From the NCBI RefSeq assembly GCF_032191835.1, contig NC_083237.1, forward strand, positions 22,816,001 to 22,880,000: a stretch of DNA of 64,000 nt, given 5' to 3'. This document shows positions 10,101 through 21,700 of this stretch, piece after piece. Source of the stretch: Heteronotia binoei (taxonomy: Eukaryota). The position numbers and the translations under genes are program-made. A model generated the notes under the pieces. It was not told the origin of the DNA. It made no database searches and worked only from the letters and a program-made list of their open reading frames with translations. Positions within the stretch are counted from its first letter, which is position 1; each line of letters starts with the position of its first letter.

Positions 10101-13100
10101 CAGGAAGATACGCTAGGCCTGCTGAGATTTGTCTGAACTTAGCCTGCTGGTCTGTTATCTGGCTAATTAGCACTGGTAACATTAGGACTCCATAAACTTT
10201 GTGTTTTTAGATTTTGTGGATAGTCCAAATGCACTCTGTGGTTATATTGCAAGCTGCGTTGTGTTCTTTCCAACTGGTTGCTTTGAGTTTTGCAGGGAGA
10301 AAAGTAGAATATAAACAGGGCTTTTTTTTGCAGCAGGAACTCCTTTGCATATTAGGCCATACACCCCTGATGTAGCCAAGAGCTTACAGGTCTCTTAGTA
10401 CAGGGTCTGCTGTAAGCTCCAGGGGAATTGGCTACATCATGGGGTGTGTGACCTAATATGCAAAGGAGTTCCTGCTGCCAAAAAAAAAAAAAAAGCCCTG
10501 GATATAAATACATAAATGCAAAATCTGGATAATTATCCCAGAATGCTCTGGGACCAACAGCCAATATCCTGCGTCTCCTACCCTGTCCATCTTTGAGGAT
10601 GAAGTTGGAAGGGAGATCCCACATGCCTTTGGCCTCTAGGGTGGGTTGTGGATGATGGGGGTGGTTGCCTGGGTATGAGCATCACCTCTGGATTTCTGTT
10701 TTGTTTGCAGATTTGCGGGCTGGAGGTCAAGTGCAGTGCATTGAAGTGCATAAATATGAGGTATTGGAGGGCTCTGGTTTCTTTTCTCAGTCCTTGTCTT
10801 GAGTTCTCTTTCTCCTCTCCAAAGAACACAAAAGGCTGCCATCCTAAGAACGCTTTCCTGGGAGTAAGGGCCATAACATGAGGCTTATTTCTGAGATGAC
10901 CTCCTATGAGTTGCTCCCCAAGTTGTCTTTTTGTCCCTTCTTGCTCACTTGTCTGCTTTTGTCTGTCTGACTACAGGAATTTCTGTTTGTATTTACAATT
11001 TTAACAAACTTCACACACTGCAAACTCAAGCTTAAAAGGCTCCCGAGGCAGCCTCCAACCAGAAATTAAAAGCAATCCAAGTAATAATACAACACTGCCC
11101 ATGAGGCAGTCTGGAGAAAGCAAGACTGTATGAACTAAAAACATTCTGAAAATAATTAAGAAACATTAGAAGAGTAAAAACCAGCCATGAAGTCTTTTTG
11201 TTCTCCCTGGCTTTTGTTTTTTGATCAACTGGCTGGGAGAAAAATGACGTTTTTACTTGGTACTTAAAACGAAAAACAGGCCAGATGAAGAGTGGTCCTT
11301 AGGATGAGATGGAGTTCCAAACGGGGGAGGTCCCACTATTGAAAAGTCCCTCTAGCCACCCAGCTCAGTTCTGTCAGCAGGAGGCATAGAGATAGAGCAG
11401 GGGTGGCCAGACTTGCTTAATGTAAGAGCCACATCAAAATAAACATCAGATGTTGGAGAGCAGCAAGACATGAACATCAGATGTTTGAGAGCCACCAGGC
11501 AGAGGGAGGGAGGGAAGAAAGCAAATAGATTGGGGGAGGGAGAAGTGGAAAGGAAACAACTTTAACTTTAAATGCGTTTTCCAAGCTGCCAGCTGGCTTG
11601 GCTTGGAGAAGCGATTTAAAGAGAGAAATGCCTTCTCCAAGCTGGCTGGCGGGGCGGTGGGGGCTTCGAGAGCTGCACAATATGCTTGAAAGAGCCACAT
11701 GTGGCTCCCCAGCCACAGGTTGGCCACCCCTGAGATCAAGCCTGACCAGTTAAGAGGTCCTCTTTGTTGGGAGCAGGTAATCCTTCAAATGAGAGTAACA
11801 ACTCTAAAATTAATCTTTCCCCCAAAGAAGCATTTTCAGCATGCAACTTTAAATTGGTATTTCAAAATGTGTGGGAATGTTAAACTCCTACACAATTACA
11901 GTCGCATCTAACCGAAGCAAGATAAGCTTTTGGGCAACCTAAGCATTCTGCATTTCCAGTAAGGCTCTTTAGATTTCTGCTTACCAGATCAATCAGCAGC
12001 ATTCCCGCCGCCTTCTGCTTGTAATGCTCACCTCCACTCCCCTAGGAATGCAGCCGGCCACAGAATGGGAAGTGGATCCGTTGCCTGGTAACAGACTCCG
12101 ACTGGATGGTGAGCGTCTCTGTTTCTGCTGCTGAATGAAAATTGTGAGATTTTTCCGAAGTGTACCCTAGGCTGAGATGTACTAAATTTGGGGTTACCAG
12201 CCTTCAGTGGGCTTAAGCTGTGCTCGGTCGTCTCAGGGGGGCCCAGCATCGCCGACATCGGCTTTTCCTTCTTTGGAGCACCTTCTCTCCCCTCCCACCC
12301 CATCACTTTTGAAACTGAAGTCAGGTAGGAAGCTTGAGTGAGAAGCTGTGGATGAGGCTTCCTGCATTGAGGCACAACAGGGCTGGCGGGAGCTCTTCGG
12401 TGGTGGGAACCCTCCAGGGTATCTGATCCCGTCACTTTTCCTCCTTCCCCAGGTGTGTGGTGGGGGCCCGGCACTCACTCTGTGGCACCTTCGGTCAGTC
12501 ACACCCACCACAGTCTTCCCCTTGCCTCAGTGCCAGCAGCAGGTCATGTTCTACCAGGATCTGGTGAGTTGTCTGCCTTTGGGAATTGCCCTTCCCCTCC
12601 TTTCCTCTTGCATCCGCTTTCTTCTTCTTCTTCCTCTTCTTCTTCTCAATCTCTACGTGGAATGAATCAAAAAGCAGTGGTCGGTTGGTTTCCTTTGTTC
12701 CTTGTTTCCGCGCCGGGGGCTGTTTGGTTCTTCTCTTGAACTAAGACTCCTTTCCCCATCCAAAAACGTCTTCTACAGATCCTCTCCGCTGGCCACAACC
12801 CAGCCATCAACCATTTACAGATCAGCGGGGAAGTGAAGGCACAAATCCCCTGCATCCCCCGTTGCATCCACTCTCTTTCCATCAATGAACATTCGCCAGA
12901 GCACAAGGTACCTGCTAAGGAGGGGAAATGGGGAGGCCTCTAAGGCAGGGGTGTCGAACTCATTTGTTATGAGGGCTGGATCTGACATAAATGAGACCTT
13001 GTCGGGCCGGGCCATCTGTGTACTTTTTTAAGATTATGTAGCAGAGATATAAACTTTTTAAAGTCACAAACACAACTAAAGATTTTTTTAAAAAAACTAA

Positions 13101-14609
13101 CCTTAAAACATGCTTAAAACGTTAACATGTTGGTCTGAAAGGAGCTTTCTTTGTATTTCCCCATGGGATCCAGGGAACTGGGCAAAGGAAGCTCTGGCTC
13201 TTTCCCTCCCTCCCCAGGGGATCAGGAGGGAGAGGAACCTCAACCAATGGAGAATATTGAGGTTTTGCTCTGTAGCTTCTGTGTGATTGAGCAAGCCTTG
13301 TAAAGCAAACTGAGATGCAGAAGGAAGCCAGAGAGAGGGAGAAGGAAGCAGACAAGAGCCAGTTGCTCGGGGGCCTGATTTGGCCCCCAGGCCACATGTT
13401 TGACACCTGCTCTAAGGCTTGGAGACTGGGTTTCTCACAAGGAAGGGAGCTCTGAATGGGTTGGGGGCCTAGATTTGGCAGAATCAGAATGCAAGTGGTG
13501 CTTCCAAGGATAAGAACCAAGAGTGTCTGGAAAATGGATGGCAAGTTTTCACTCTCAGTGGTGCATGAGCTTGCATGCAGAGAGTGTAAAGCAGAGGACC
13601 ACATCCTTGGTGCCTGGTAGCGCTTTTCCTGGCACCCACCAAGCATTTTAGAAAGTAGGTGGGGCTTTTGCCCAGCTAGTCTTCTGATTGGCTGGGCATA
13701 GGACTTTTTTTGTAGCAGGCTCCTGGAGCTTACAGTAGGCTCTGCACTAAGAGCTCTGTAAGCTTTTGAAGGATTGGCTGCATCAGGGGTGTGTGGCCTA
13801 ATATGCAAAGGAGTTCCTGCTGCAAAAAAAAGCCCTGGCTGGGCAGATTCTTTAAAATTGTTGCTTTGGCAGCATTTGCTACCCTGGCCCAGAGATCTTC
13901 ACCATGTGAGGGGAAGATGAGCGGCAGCAGCCATTGTACGGCTGGCTCCGCCTTCTGCAGCAGCCGTTTTAGCAGCTGAGCCTGTTACACATTGTCAACC
14001 TTTCAAAGGTGTCCCACAGGGTGAAAAAGGTTGAGAATCCCTGGTGTAAAGACATTGAGAGACACTGCGGTGAGTAGAATTCTGGGAATGGAGCATTTTT
14101 TCTTCAGTAGGCAGGACCCAGGATTCTGATAATAAGAAACCTTCACAAGCCAAAGGGTGCTCATCTCTGCTTTTCCACAGGGGACACCTTCACACGTTTG
14201 GGAATGCTAGTCAGGTCTGGCCCTGTCACTAGGCAAACTAGGTGATTGCCTAGGGTGCCAGTCTTCTAGGGGCACTGAATTGGGCGCACCCTTGTGACTC
14301 GGTGATGTTATCAATGCAGGGTGGGTGGGCGTGTGCCAGAAGTTAGCCTTGCCTAGGGTGCCAGATAGTCTAGGGCTGGCCCTGATGCTAGTTCTGTCCG
14401 ATGAGAACTGGAGGCTGAACAGGCATGATAAAACAAGAGAGTTGCAGGAAACAAGGCTGGAAGCTGTGTGGAGGTGGGATCCTGCACACCCTTAGCTCAC
14501 CCCATCCCCTGCTCTCTCCCGTCAGGTGCTGACTGCGGCTGGAAGCAGCCACCGGATCGATGTCTTCACCAACTTCAGTTACCGGGCCTTTTCCCTCGCC
14601 TTCGCCTAG
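7152..14609 (+). CDS. THOC6: THO complex subunit 6 (WD40 repeat), 327 aa
   Basis: Exons 7152-7267, 7930-7994, 8458-8561, 8874-8911, 9005-9053, 9141-9212, 9772-9874, 10711-10760, 12046-12108, 12453-12563, 12779-12907, 14526-14609. All are GT-AG and in phase. Peptides [70 protein letters not shown] and [16 protein letters not shown] match THOC6. AATAAA near 14816. Start at 7152 is assumed; an upstream exon is not resolved. Confidence 0.96.
7275..7860 (+). mobile_element. CR1 LINE 3' end fragment
   Basis: gtcctcacctggagtattgtgt...gggcaccacattttaagaaggatatagacaagctgg...ggtcccttccaactct...ctatga, a typical CR1 RT C-terminus and 3'UTR. Confidence 0.85.
8125..8310 (+). mobile_element. 5S-Sauria-like SINE
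   Basis: 5S rRNA-like head (atctcgtc...gctaagcag...ttagtacttggatg) plus ggcaatagcaaaccacctctg body. Confidence 0.7.
8575..8790 (-). mobile_element. Squam3-like SINE
   Basis: Reverse complement of the SINE consensus. Confidence 0.7.
10316..10500. mobile_element. Palindromic MITE (CAGGGCTTTTTT termini)
   Basis: Near-perfect inverted repeat along its length; 8-bp TSD aatataaa/gatataaa. Other copies at about 13700-13835, 24626-24803, 27541-27710, 30420-30572, 46976-47160 and 52524-52627. Confidence 0.8.
11398..11732. mobile_element. hAT MITE family A (CAGGGGTGGCCA TIR)
   Basis: TIRs caggggtggcca / tggccacccctg; body shared with copies at 17719, 28498, 51169, 53797 and 55959. Confidence 0.8.
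12946..13409. mobile_element. hAT MITE family B (CAGGGGTGTC TIR)
   Basis: Perfect 8-bp TSD ctctaagg (12938-12945, 13410-13417); related copies at about 23817-24620 and 26110-26652. Confidence 0.8.
13700..13835. mobile_element. Palindromic MITE, partial copy
   Basis: Same family as 10316-10500. Confidence 0.7.
14213..14384. mobile_element. GC-rich MITE (CAGGGCYGGCCC termini, Tip100-like)
   Basis: caggtctggccctg ... agggctggccctg; related to 37632-37770 and 28481-30050. Confidence 0.6.
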
Positions 14610-15738
14610 CGCTCCCTCCTGTTCCTTCTCTGTGTCTTTTTCCTTAGTTAAATCTCTTTTCTGCTCTCATATGAGAACAGGGATTACCTAGGTAAATCCA
14701 TCTCCTTGGGATTAGCTGCTTTTGGCGAGCATCCCCTATCTGTGCTGCCCCATTAGGAGGAACTCTCGTTCTCATCATGCGTCCCGGGGTGCAAATTTCA
14801 TGAAATTTGGATGCCAATAAAATTCAGCCAGTATATGTCACACCCAGGATTGCCTCCCCTTCTGCAATCAACAGTGCAAAGCTTTTTTGCTCACCCAAAC
14901 TGCAAATTTGGCAATCTTGCATTTAATCCCCTTGCCTTCTGGTGCTGATTGGTGAGGGGTGGGGTCTAGGTGCCCAGGTGCACACGTAGACCTATATCTG
15001 AATAGTACAGCGGGAGGGATATTTACCTTGCCCTTCAGTGCTGGCTGGAAGAATATGTGGCTTTCAACATGAGTTTCCCAACCCTGTTTTCATTACCTAT
15101 TCCGAGACTTTTATAAACTACGGAACAGCCTTTTGCAGATCAAAGAGACCCGAAGGTATGCAGTTAATCAGGATTAGAGCGAGTGTTTTTCTTCCAATTC
15201 TCAGTAACACCCCCTTTCCCAGGACTCTTATCATTTCAAAAGAACCAGAGCTCTTAAAAATTTATGGCATCTTGAATTCTAAAAGGGGAATAAATTGCAA
15301 GACTCTCCTCCCACTATGGTTAGTTTAGATGGTCTGAATAAGGTCCTTTCCCTTCTCCATTTTCTTTCTTTCCTTTTTTTTTTAAACTTTCCAACTTGTG
15401 CTCAGTGAGCATACTCACTTATCACTATGTACCATAGAAAGGAATGCATTAAACCTATCTCAACTGAAATGTGATTACAAGCAACTTTTATTGTGTAATT
15501 GATGCGTTTTCAATGCACCTAGAGGCAGTGGCAAGAGTGCTGGAAGCCACTTTGTTTCTGTTTCTGTGTTTACTTGCACGGGTTCAGGTTTTTTCCTTCT
15601 GTAACCATGAGGGCCGGAAACCTCTCAAAGAAAACAGCGTGGTCCTCAAAACCTTGGAAAAGTTAATGACAGAATGGCCAGTTCTGAACTTCAGCACGGT
15701 TGCTCGGACTTCTAAGCTTTTGCTTGGGGCTACAGCCC

Positions 15739-18700
15739 TCATCCCTCACCCACTTCCACCTCCTCGTACATGTGTTCCTCCTCCATCTTCTTAAGCTTCT
15801 TCAGATCTTCCCGATGCTTATCTTTAAACTCCTGGAGAGCTGCCATCTTCTCAGCATCTTCACTGACACCGCGGACCCCTGGCTGGCCGTCCAGAAGTAG
15901 GTATCCCACAGCGTCGGCCAACATTGCTTCAGCTTCGTAACGTAGGGCCTGCAAAGCTAAGGGCCCATAGACGGCAGGGTTGGAATTGTAGCGCTTGCCA
16001 AAGAGGTTGACGGGCCGCAGGAAGTAGTGAGGCAGGTTGCTTTTGGCAAGGGTGTGAATGAGGACCTTCAAGAGATTCTGCACTGAGGACAGCAGCGTCT
16101 CCCAGTGTGCCTTCTGGTAGTAGATTTCACAGCACCACAGCAGGAGAGTCTGCAAAAAAATGGAGAGGAGGGGAGATGTTAGCAGGATCCCACAGTCACC
16201 ACTGGCAGGGGAGGCCCCACCAGTTCCAAATGTCTGAGTGAAGCTTAGGGGGCTTGGTGGGTGTGCATCTATGCCAGTGACTGTGGGGAGGGAACTGGAG
16301 TGGCTGTGGACAACAGGCTCCTAGTTGGGGAGACTGAGAGGAAGGCGATCATATGGTCAGCGATCAAATGGTCAGCTGCTAGCATTAGGATCATAGAGTG
16401 GGAAGGGACCTCCAGGGTCTTATCTGGGAGAACCGGGTTTGATTCCCCACTCCTCCACTTGCACCTGCTGGAATGGCCTTGGGTCAGCCATAGCTCTGGC
16501 AGAGGTTGTCCTTGAAAGGGCAGCTGCTGTGAGAGTCCTCTCCAGCCCCACCCACCTCACAGGGTGTCTGTTGTGGGGGAGGAAGGTAAAGGAGATTGTG
16601 AGCCGCTCTGAGAAGGGTGGGATATAAATCTGCAGTCTTCTTCTTCATCTAGTCCAACCCCCTGCACAATGCAGGGAATTCAGATACCTCCCCCCCCAAC
16701 ACTCCCAGTAACCACAGAAGGTGGCAAAAAAACAAGCAACACCCCCCTCCCAGGATCCCTGGCCAAACTGGCCTGGAGACAGATTGCTGCTGGACCCCAA
16801 AGTGCTGATCGGCATTTCCCTGAGCGTGTAAAGAAAGGGCCATGAGAACTGAGCACCGATGCAACCCTTCCCGCGATCCCTCTCATGATCTGCCTATGTT
16901 CACGGAATCAGCGTTGATGTCAGGTGGTCATCACGCCTCTCTTTAAAAACTTCCAAGGAAAGAGAACCCACCACCTCCTGAGGAAGAGCTGTTCTCCAAG
17001 AGCTGTTTCTCGGACAGCAATGGAGGGGAGGGTGAGAGAAAAAGAGTATGGAATGAATGGGTGGGAGCTGGTGGGGGATACTGCTGGTTGGTCATTTTGA
17101 AAAGTATCGATGGGGGGAGCTGCCTTCTCACATCTGTCAGCAAGCACTGCACTTGCATCAGTCATTTGTCCAACCCCCCCCCCCCCCGCATTTCCATGCT
17201 TTCTTGAGGGCTAGAAACCTGCTTTTGTTTTAGCTGAAAGAGATTACCAGGTTGCCCAGCACGAGAGGTCAAATAAAGGATTGTTTGAACTACCCCCAGC
17301 CCCTGCATGGTAGGCCTGCTCTGCAGATTCACCTTGAGGTGGTAGGAAGACAAGAGTTTGCCGTATTCTGGCTTCCATCTTGTATTGTTGACAAGCTTCA
17401 GAAGCCTCAGAGCTGCCCGTCTCTGTCCCCCGTCAGCATCCACATCCTTTAGAAGTTCAGTCTCAGGGTGGCTGAAGGAGAGCCTAGGCACAGAGTGAAG
17501 AGACGAGTCAGGGAACCTTCTGCATTCTTCCTGGCAGCGCTTCGCTGTTTTGTGTCACTTTAGTTTAATGAGATCTTGATGTTCAGAAGGTAGGCAAGAA
17601 CCCAGTCCCCCTCTTAAGTGAAGGTGGTCCTCCTATGCCTTGAACAGCTTGTCTGCGTGGCATCTCTAAACCAGAGAATAATAGATGCCTGTATAGAAAA
17701 AGACCAGTAGAAAACTGGCAGGGATGGCCAAACTGTGGCTCATATTGTGTGGCTCTCAAAGCCCCCACTACCCCACCGGCTGGCTTGGAGAAGGCTTTTG
17801 TCTCTTCACATCACTTCTCCAAGCCAGCAGCTTGGATAATGCATTTAAAGTGAAAGTTGCTTTCTTTCTCCTCCCCCCTCCTATTTCCTTCCTTCCTTCC
17901 CTCAAACATTTGACATTTATTCTATGTGGCTCTTACGTTAAGCAAGTTTGGCCACCCCTGCTCTATGGTATGCATCTATGATTTCATTGCCTGGGTTAGT
18001 GGCAATATTTTCCTGTCTGTGAAGAGGGTGTGAATTGTGAATGAGGGCTCTTTCCCCTTAGGCATAACCTTTGCATAAGTACCCAGCAGTGTTCATATGA
18101 ATGCTGGGACCGTGGGGGTTATCCCTGCATCAGACAGCCCCCACTCGACTCTGGCAGAATTAAGGGAAAAGGTACCATCACCTTTTAAGTAGATGCACTG
18201 ATGCTGTGCTTGCAATTTAATGTGGAGAGGAGTTAGTTCCTCCAACCCTTGCATTCAGCTTGCAATCAGAATTTAACCTCAGGCACAGATGTTATTGCTC
18301 TTCAGGTCCAAACCATTTGTAATCCAGGCACTCAGCTGCAGCACCTGTCTGTTATCCAGCAAGCTAGGATCCATTCCCCCTGCCCTGCTTTTCTTGTGGC
18401 AAACAGGGTGTCTCAGCTGCTCAGCATCAGAGGGGGTAGCTCAGTCTGCCCCCTGCCCAATGAGTGGCTCCAGACAGGGAGGAAAGGCTGCAGGATTTCT
18501 CATCCAACTAGGAATGGGTGTACCAGGCAGCATTCGGATGAGGGAATTTTACAACAAGCAGGGTTTCAGGTACCAAAATTTGGAAGATAATATAAAATTG
18601 CTTGACTTGTATCTGAATGAAACTTTTATCAAAAGAATCCTTTTAAGTCAGATTTCAAAAGCAAAACATGAAGAACAAAAAAGTCATATTCAAATTCTGT

Positions 18701-21700
18701 AATCATACAAGGCTCTGCTTTCCCTGCCAGATTTTCTTTAGCACCAGCCCCTCATCATCATCATCACCCCCTTCCCAATCCATCTTCCTAAATCAATTAG
18801 TTTGTCATTACCTCCAAAATCCCCCCTTGGCTACCAACTCCGGCCCAACTTCCTGCAGGACAGCCACTTTCCGGAGGAAGCTTCTCTTCTCATTGGTCAG
18901 GTCCCCACCCCACCAATCAGAGAGGTGGGTCAGGTCTTCCCTCAGCCACTGGTTGGAGAGCTTGATGGCCCCCTGGATGGCAGGCACCAGCTTCACGGAC
19001 ACTGCCTCAAGCCCTGCGAGGAGGTACAGCTGGATGGCTGGACTGGCTGGATTCAGGACCTCTAGCTGGGCATTCTCTTTAGGAAATCAGACAAAACATC
19101 ACACCAGTAAGGAGTGGCAAAAGATCCTTAGCTACTGATGGCATTTCTAAGCATTCTTAAGAATACAAGAGAAGCCATGTTGGATCAAGCCAGTGGCCCA
19201 TTCAGTCCAAAACTGTCACACAGTGGCCAAAAAACCCAGGTGCCAACAGGAGGTCCACTTGTGGAGCCAGGACGCTAGAAGCCCTCTCACTGTCTCTCCC
19301 CGCCCCCCAGCTTTTATTTCCTGCTTTTTTGTGGGGGTGGCGACGACCCTGGCAGCACAGTCAAAAGCAGTAAGGGAGGGCCAATGGCTCAAGAGGCAGA
19401 GCATCTGCTTGGGATGCAGAAGGTCCCTGGTTCAATCCCTGCCATCTCCAATTAAGGATTAGTTTGTAGGTGATGGGAAAGGCCTCAGCCTGAGAGCCTG
19501 GAGGGCTGCTGCCAGTCTAAGTAGACAATACTGACCTTGACGGACTAAGCGTGTCATTCCGTATAAGGCAGCTGCATGTATAGTGGCCACATATCAGGCC
19601 CAGCACAAGTGTCAGAGAAAACATCTGCCAGGGTCTAAAAACTAGGCTGAACAGCACCGCCTTACTACTACCTAATGTTGCATCAGGGGACCCGTTTAGG
19701 CAATCTTTTGTGGGGGCTGCCCTCAGCAGTGTGGCACCCCTGTGGTGAGCTTTTTGTTACCTACCTGGGCAACCCTCAGTAGACCCCATCCTCTCTTTCT
19801 GCTTCCACAGCTAATGTGATTGAAAATACCTTTTTAAAACTGGCCACTTCATTATGAGATGATTCTCAACTGCTGGGGGGGGGCGTAAAACTCACGTCTC
19901 ATCCAGGGGACGATGGTGGGCACTTTGGGGGGACGGAGCCTTTGTTGGAAAACTGGATCTAACGAATGACAGAAAACCAGCATCATGTTAGAACTCAAAC
20001 TAATTTGATGTTTAGTGTTGACTGTATAACCCACCTCCCCAGATGAGGAACAGGCATCTGGAGACCTCCTCCAGCCTAAAGGGCTCCCTTTCTGCCCTTC
20101 CCCCAACATAGTTTATTATCCCAGTGTGTGTGTGTGGGAGTGGGGGGGAGATGGAATCTCTTAAAAATTGTTTTACACTTACCATTTTGCAGAGGGTGTG
20201 AGTACGCTGGGAGAGGGTGAAAGAGAGAAACATGAGAAAATGGTTTAAATAATTGGCAGCTGGTGAATTTATCCCCAATCTATTTCCCCCCCCTTGTGCC
20301 TTTAGACCATTATGCATTGGACAGAAATTCAATAGGTGCAGTTTTTCTATGTAGAATAGTAGAAGGCTACTGGATTTTTTTTGACTGCAGTTCAATGGTT
20401 ATAAGCCTGGGAACCCCATTCAAACAAAGGCTGTGATTTGAATATCTCTTGGTGGGAAGTGGGGTCTACCTGGAGCAAAAATATCCCTAAGCATGGGCTT
20501 TCCCTGGAATTGTGCCACAGGGAGAGAGCAGTAACAGGAATTGCAGAGTTTACCCTTCGAGTATTCATTTTAGAAGGATACGCTGCAGTAAGTGCCAAGG
20601 GATTTCTCCGTGGAGGAATGTACCTGGATCCAAAGCAATTTCAACGTAGCGGTGGAAGTTTGTCAGGGTTTGGACGGGGTCTAGGTTGTGGTGTTTGAGG
20701 CTCTCCTGGTAAAGAGAAGGGTGGGGAGTTAGAAAGAGTTCCAAAAGCGAAGGGGGGTGCAGCATACAGACCGGGGAGGGGAGGGCAATGTCTGCGGTGA
20801 CTGCAGTGTCCTGGCCAGGAAAGAGTCTCTCCCAGGCGGGTCACAGGAACTCTGCAGCCTCCCAGCCAGCTATAGGAGGAAGGTTAGATGTCTTGCAGCA
20901 CATCTGCATGGGGTGAGGCCTGGTGCAGCCCACTTAGGCTCAAGCAGGGGTTGCTCCAGCATATTTATTTATGTTATTGACAGTCTTCCCCCCCCCCCCC
21001 CCGCAAAAAAAAGAAATTACGAAATAAAACTCATTCCAGTTGATAGGATAAGGAGACATCTAAAAAATGATTGAATAGAACTAGGATTGTAGAAATCTGA
21101 AAAAAGGTTTCAATGTTAAACAGTGCAAGACTGGCACGACAGAAGCAGAAATTATAATACAATGAGAGCAAGATAAAAACATACAGCAACAGATAATACA
21201 AGGCACGAGTATTGTCCACACAGTCTCATTTTCTCTCCGCTGAAACATCTTCCTGAATCGTTCTGTTATAAGAACAAAGCCAGACTCCAGTGGTACCTTT
21301 AAGACCAAAGGTATAAGCTTCCATGTGCAAGCACACTTCCTCATGCACCTGCACATGAAAGCTTACACCTTGAATAAAACTTCTGTTGGTTTGGTGTAGT
21401 GGTTAAGTGTGCAGACTCTTATCTGGGAGAACCGGGTTAGATTCCCCACACCTCCACTTACAGCTGCTGAAATGGCCTTGGGTCAGCCATAGCTCTGGCA
21501 GAGGTTGTCCTTGAAAGGGCAGCTGCTGTTAGAGCCCTCTCAGCCCCACCCACCTCACAGGGTGCCTGTTGTGGGGGGAGAAGATAAAGGAGATTGTAAG
21601 CCGCTCTGAGTCTCTGATTCAGAGAAAAGGGCGGGGTATAAATCTGCAGTCTTCTTCAAGGTGCCACTGGACTCAAAACTTTGTTCTGCTGCTTCAGACC

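Noticed and set aside
13122-13808. 228-aa minus ORF in THOC6 intron
   Set aside because: Runs across two MITEs and has no protein features.
19380-19450. Apparent tRNA-Ala gene
   Set aside because: Degenerate stems and followed by a shared SINE body; it is a SINE head.
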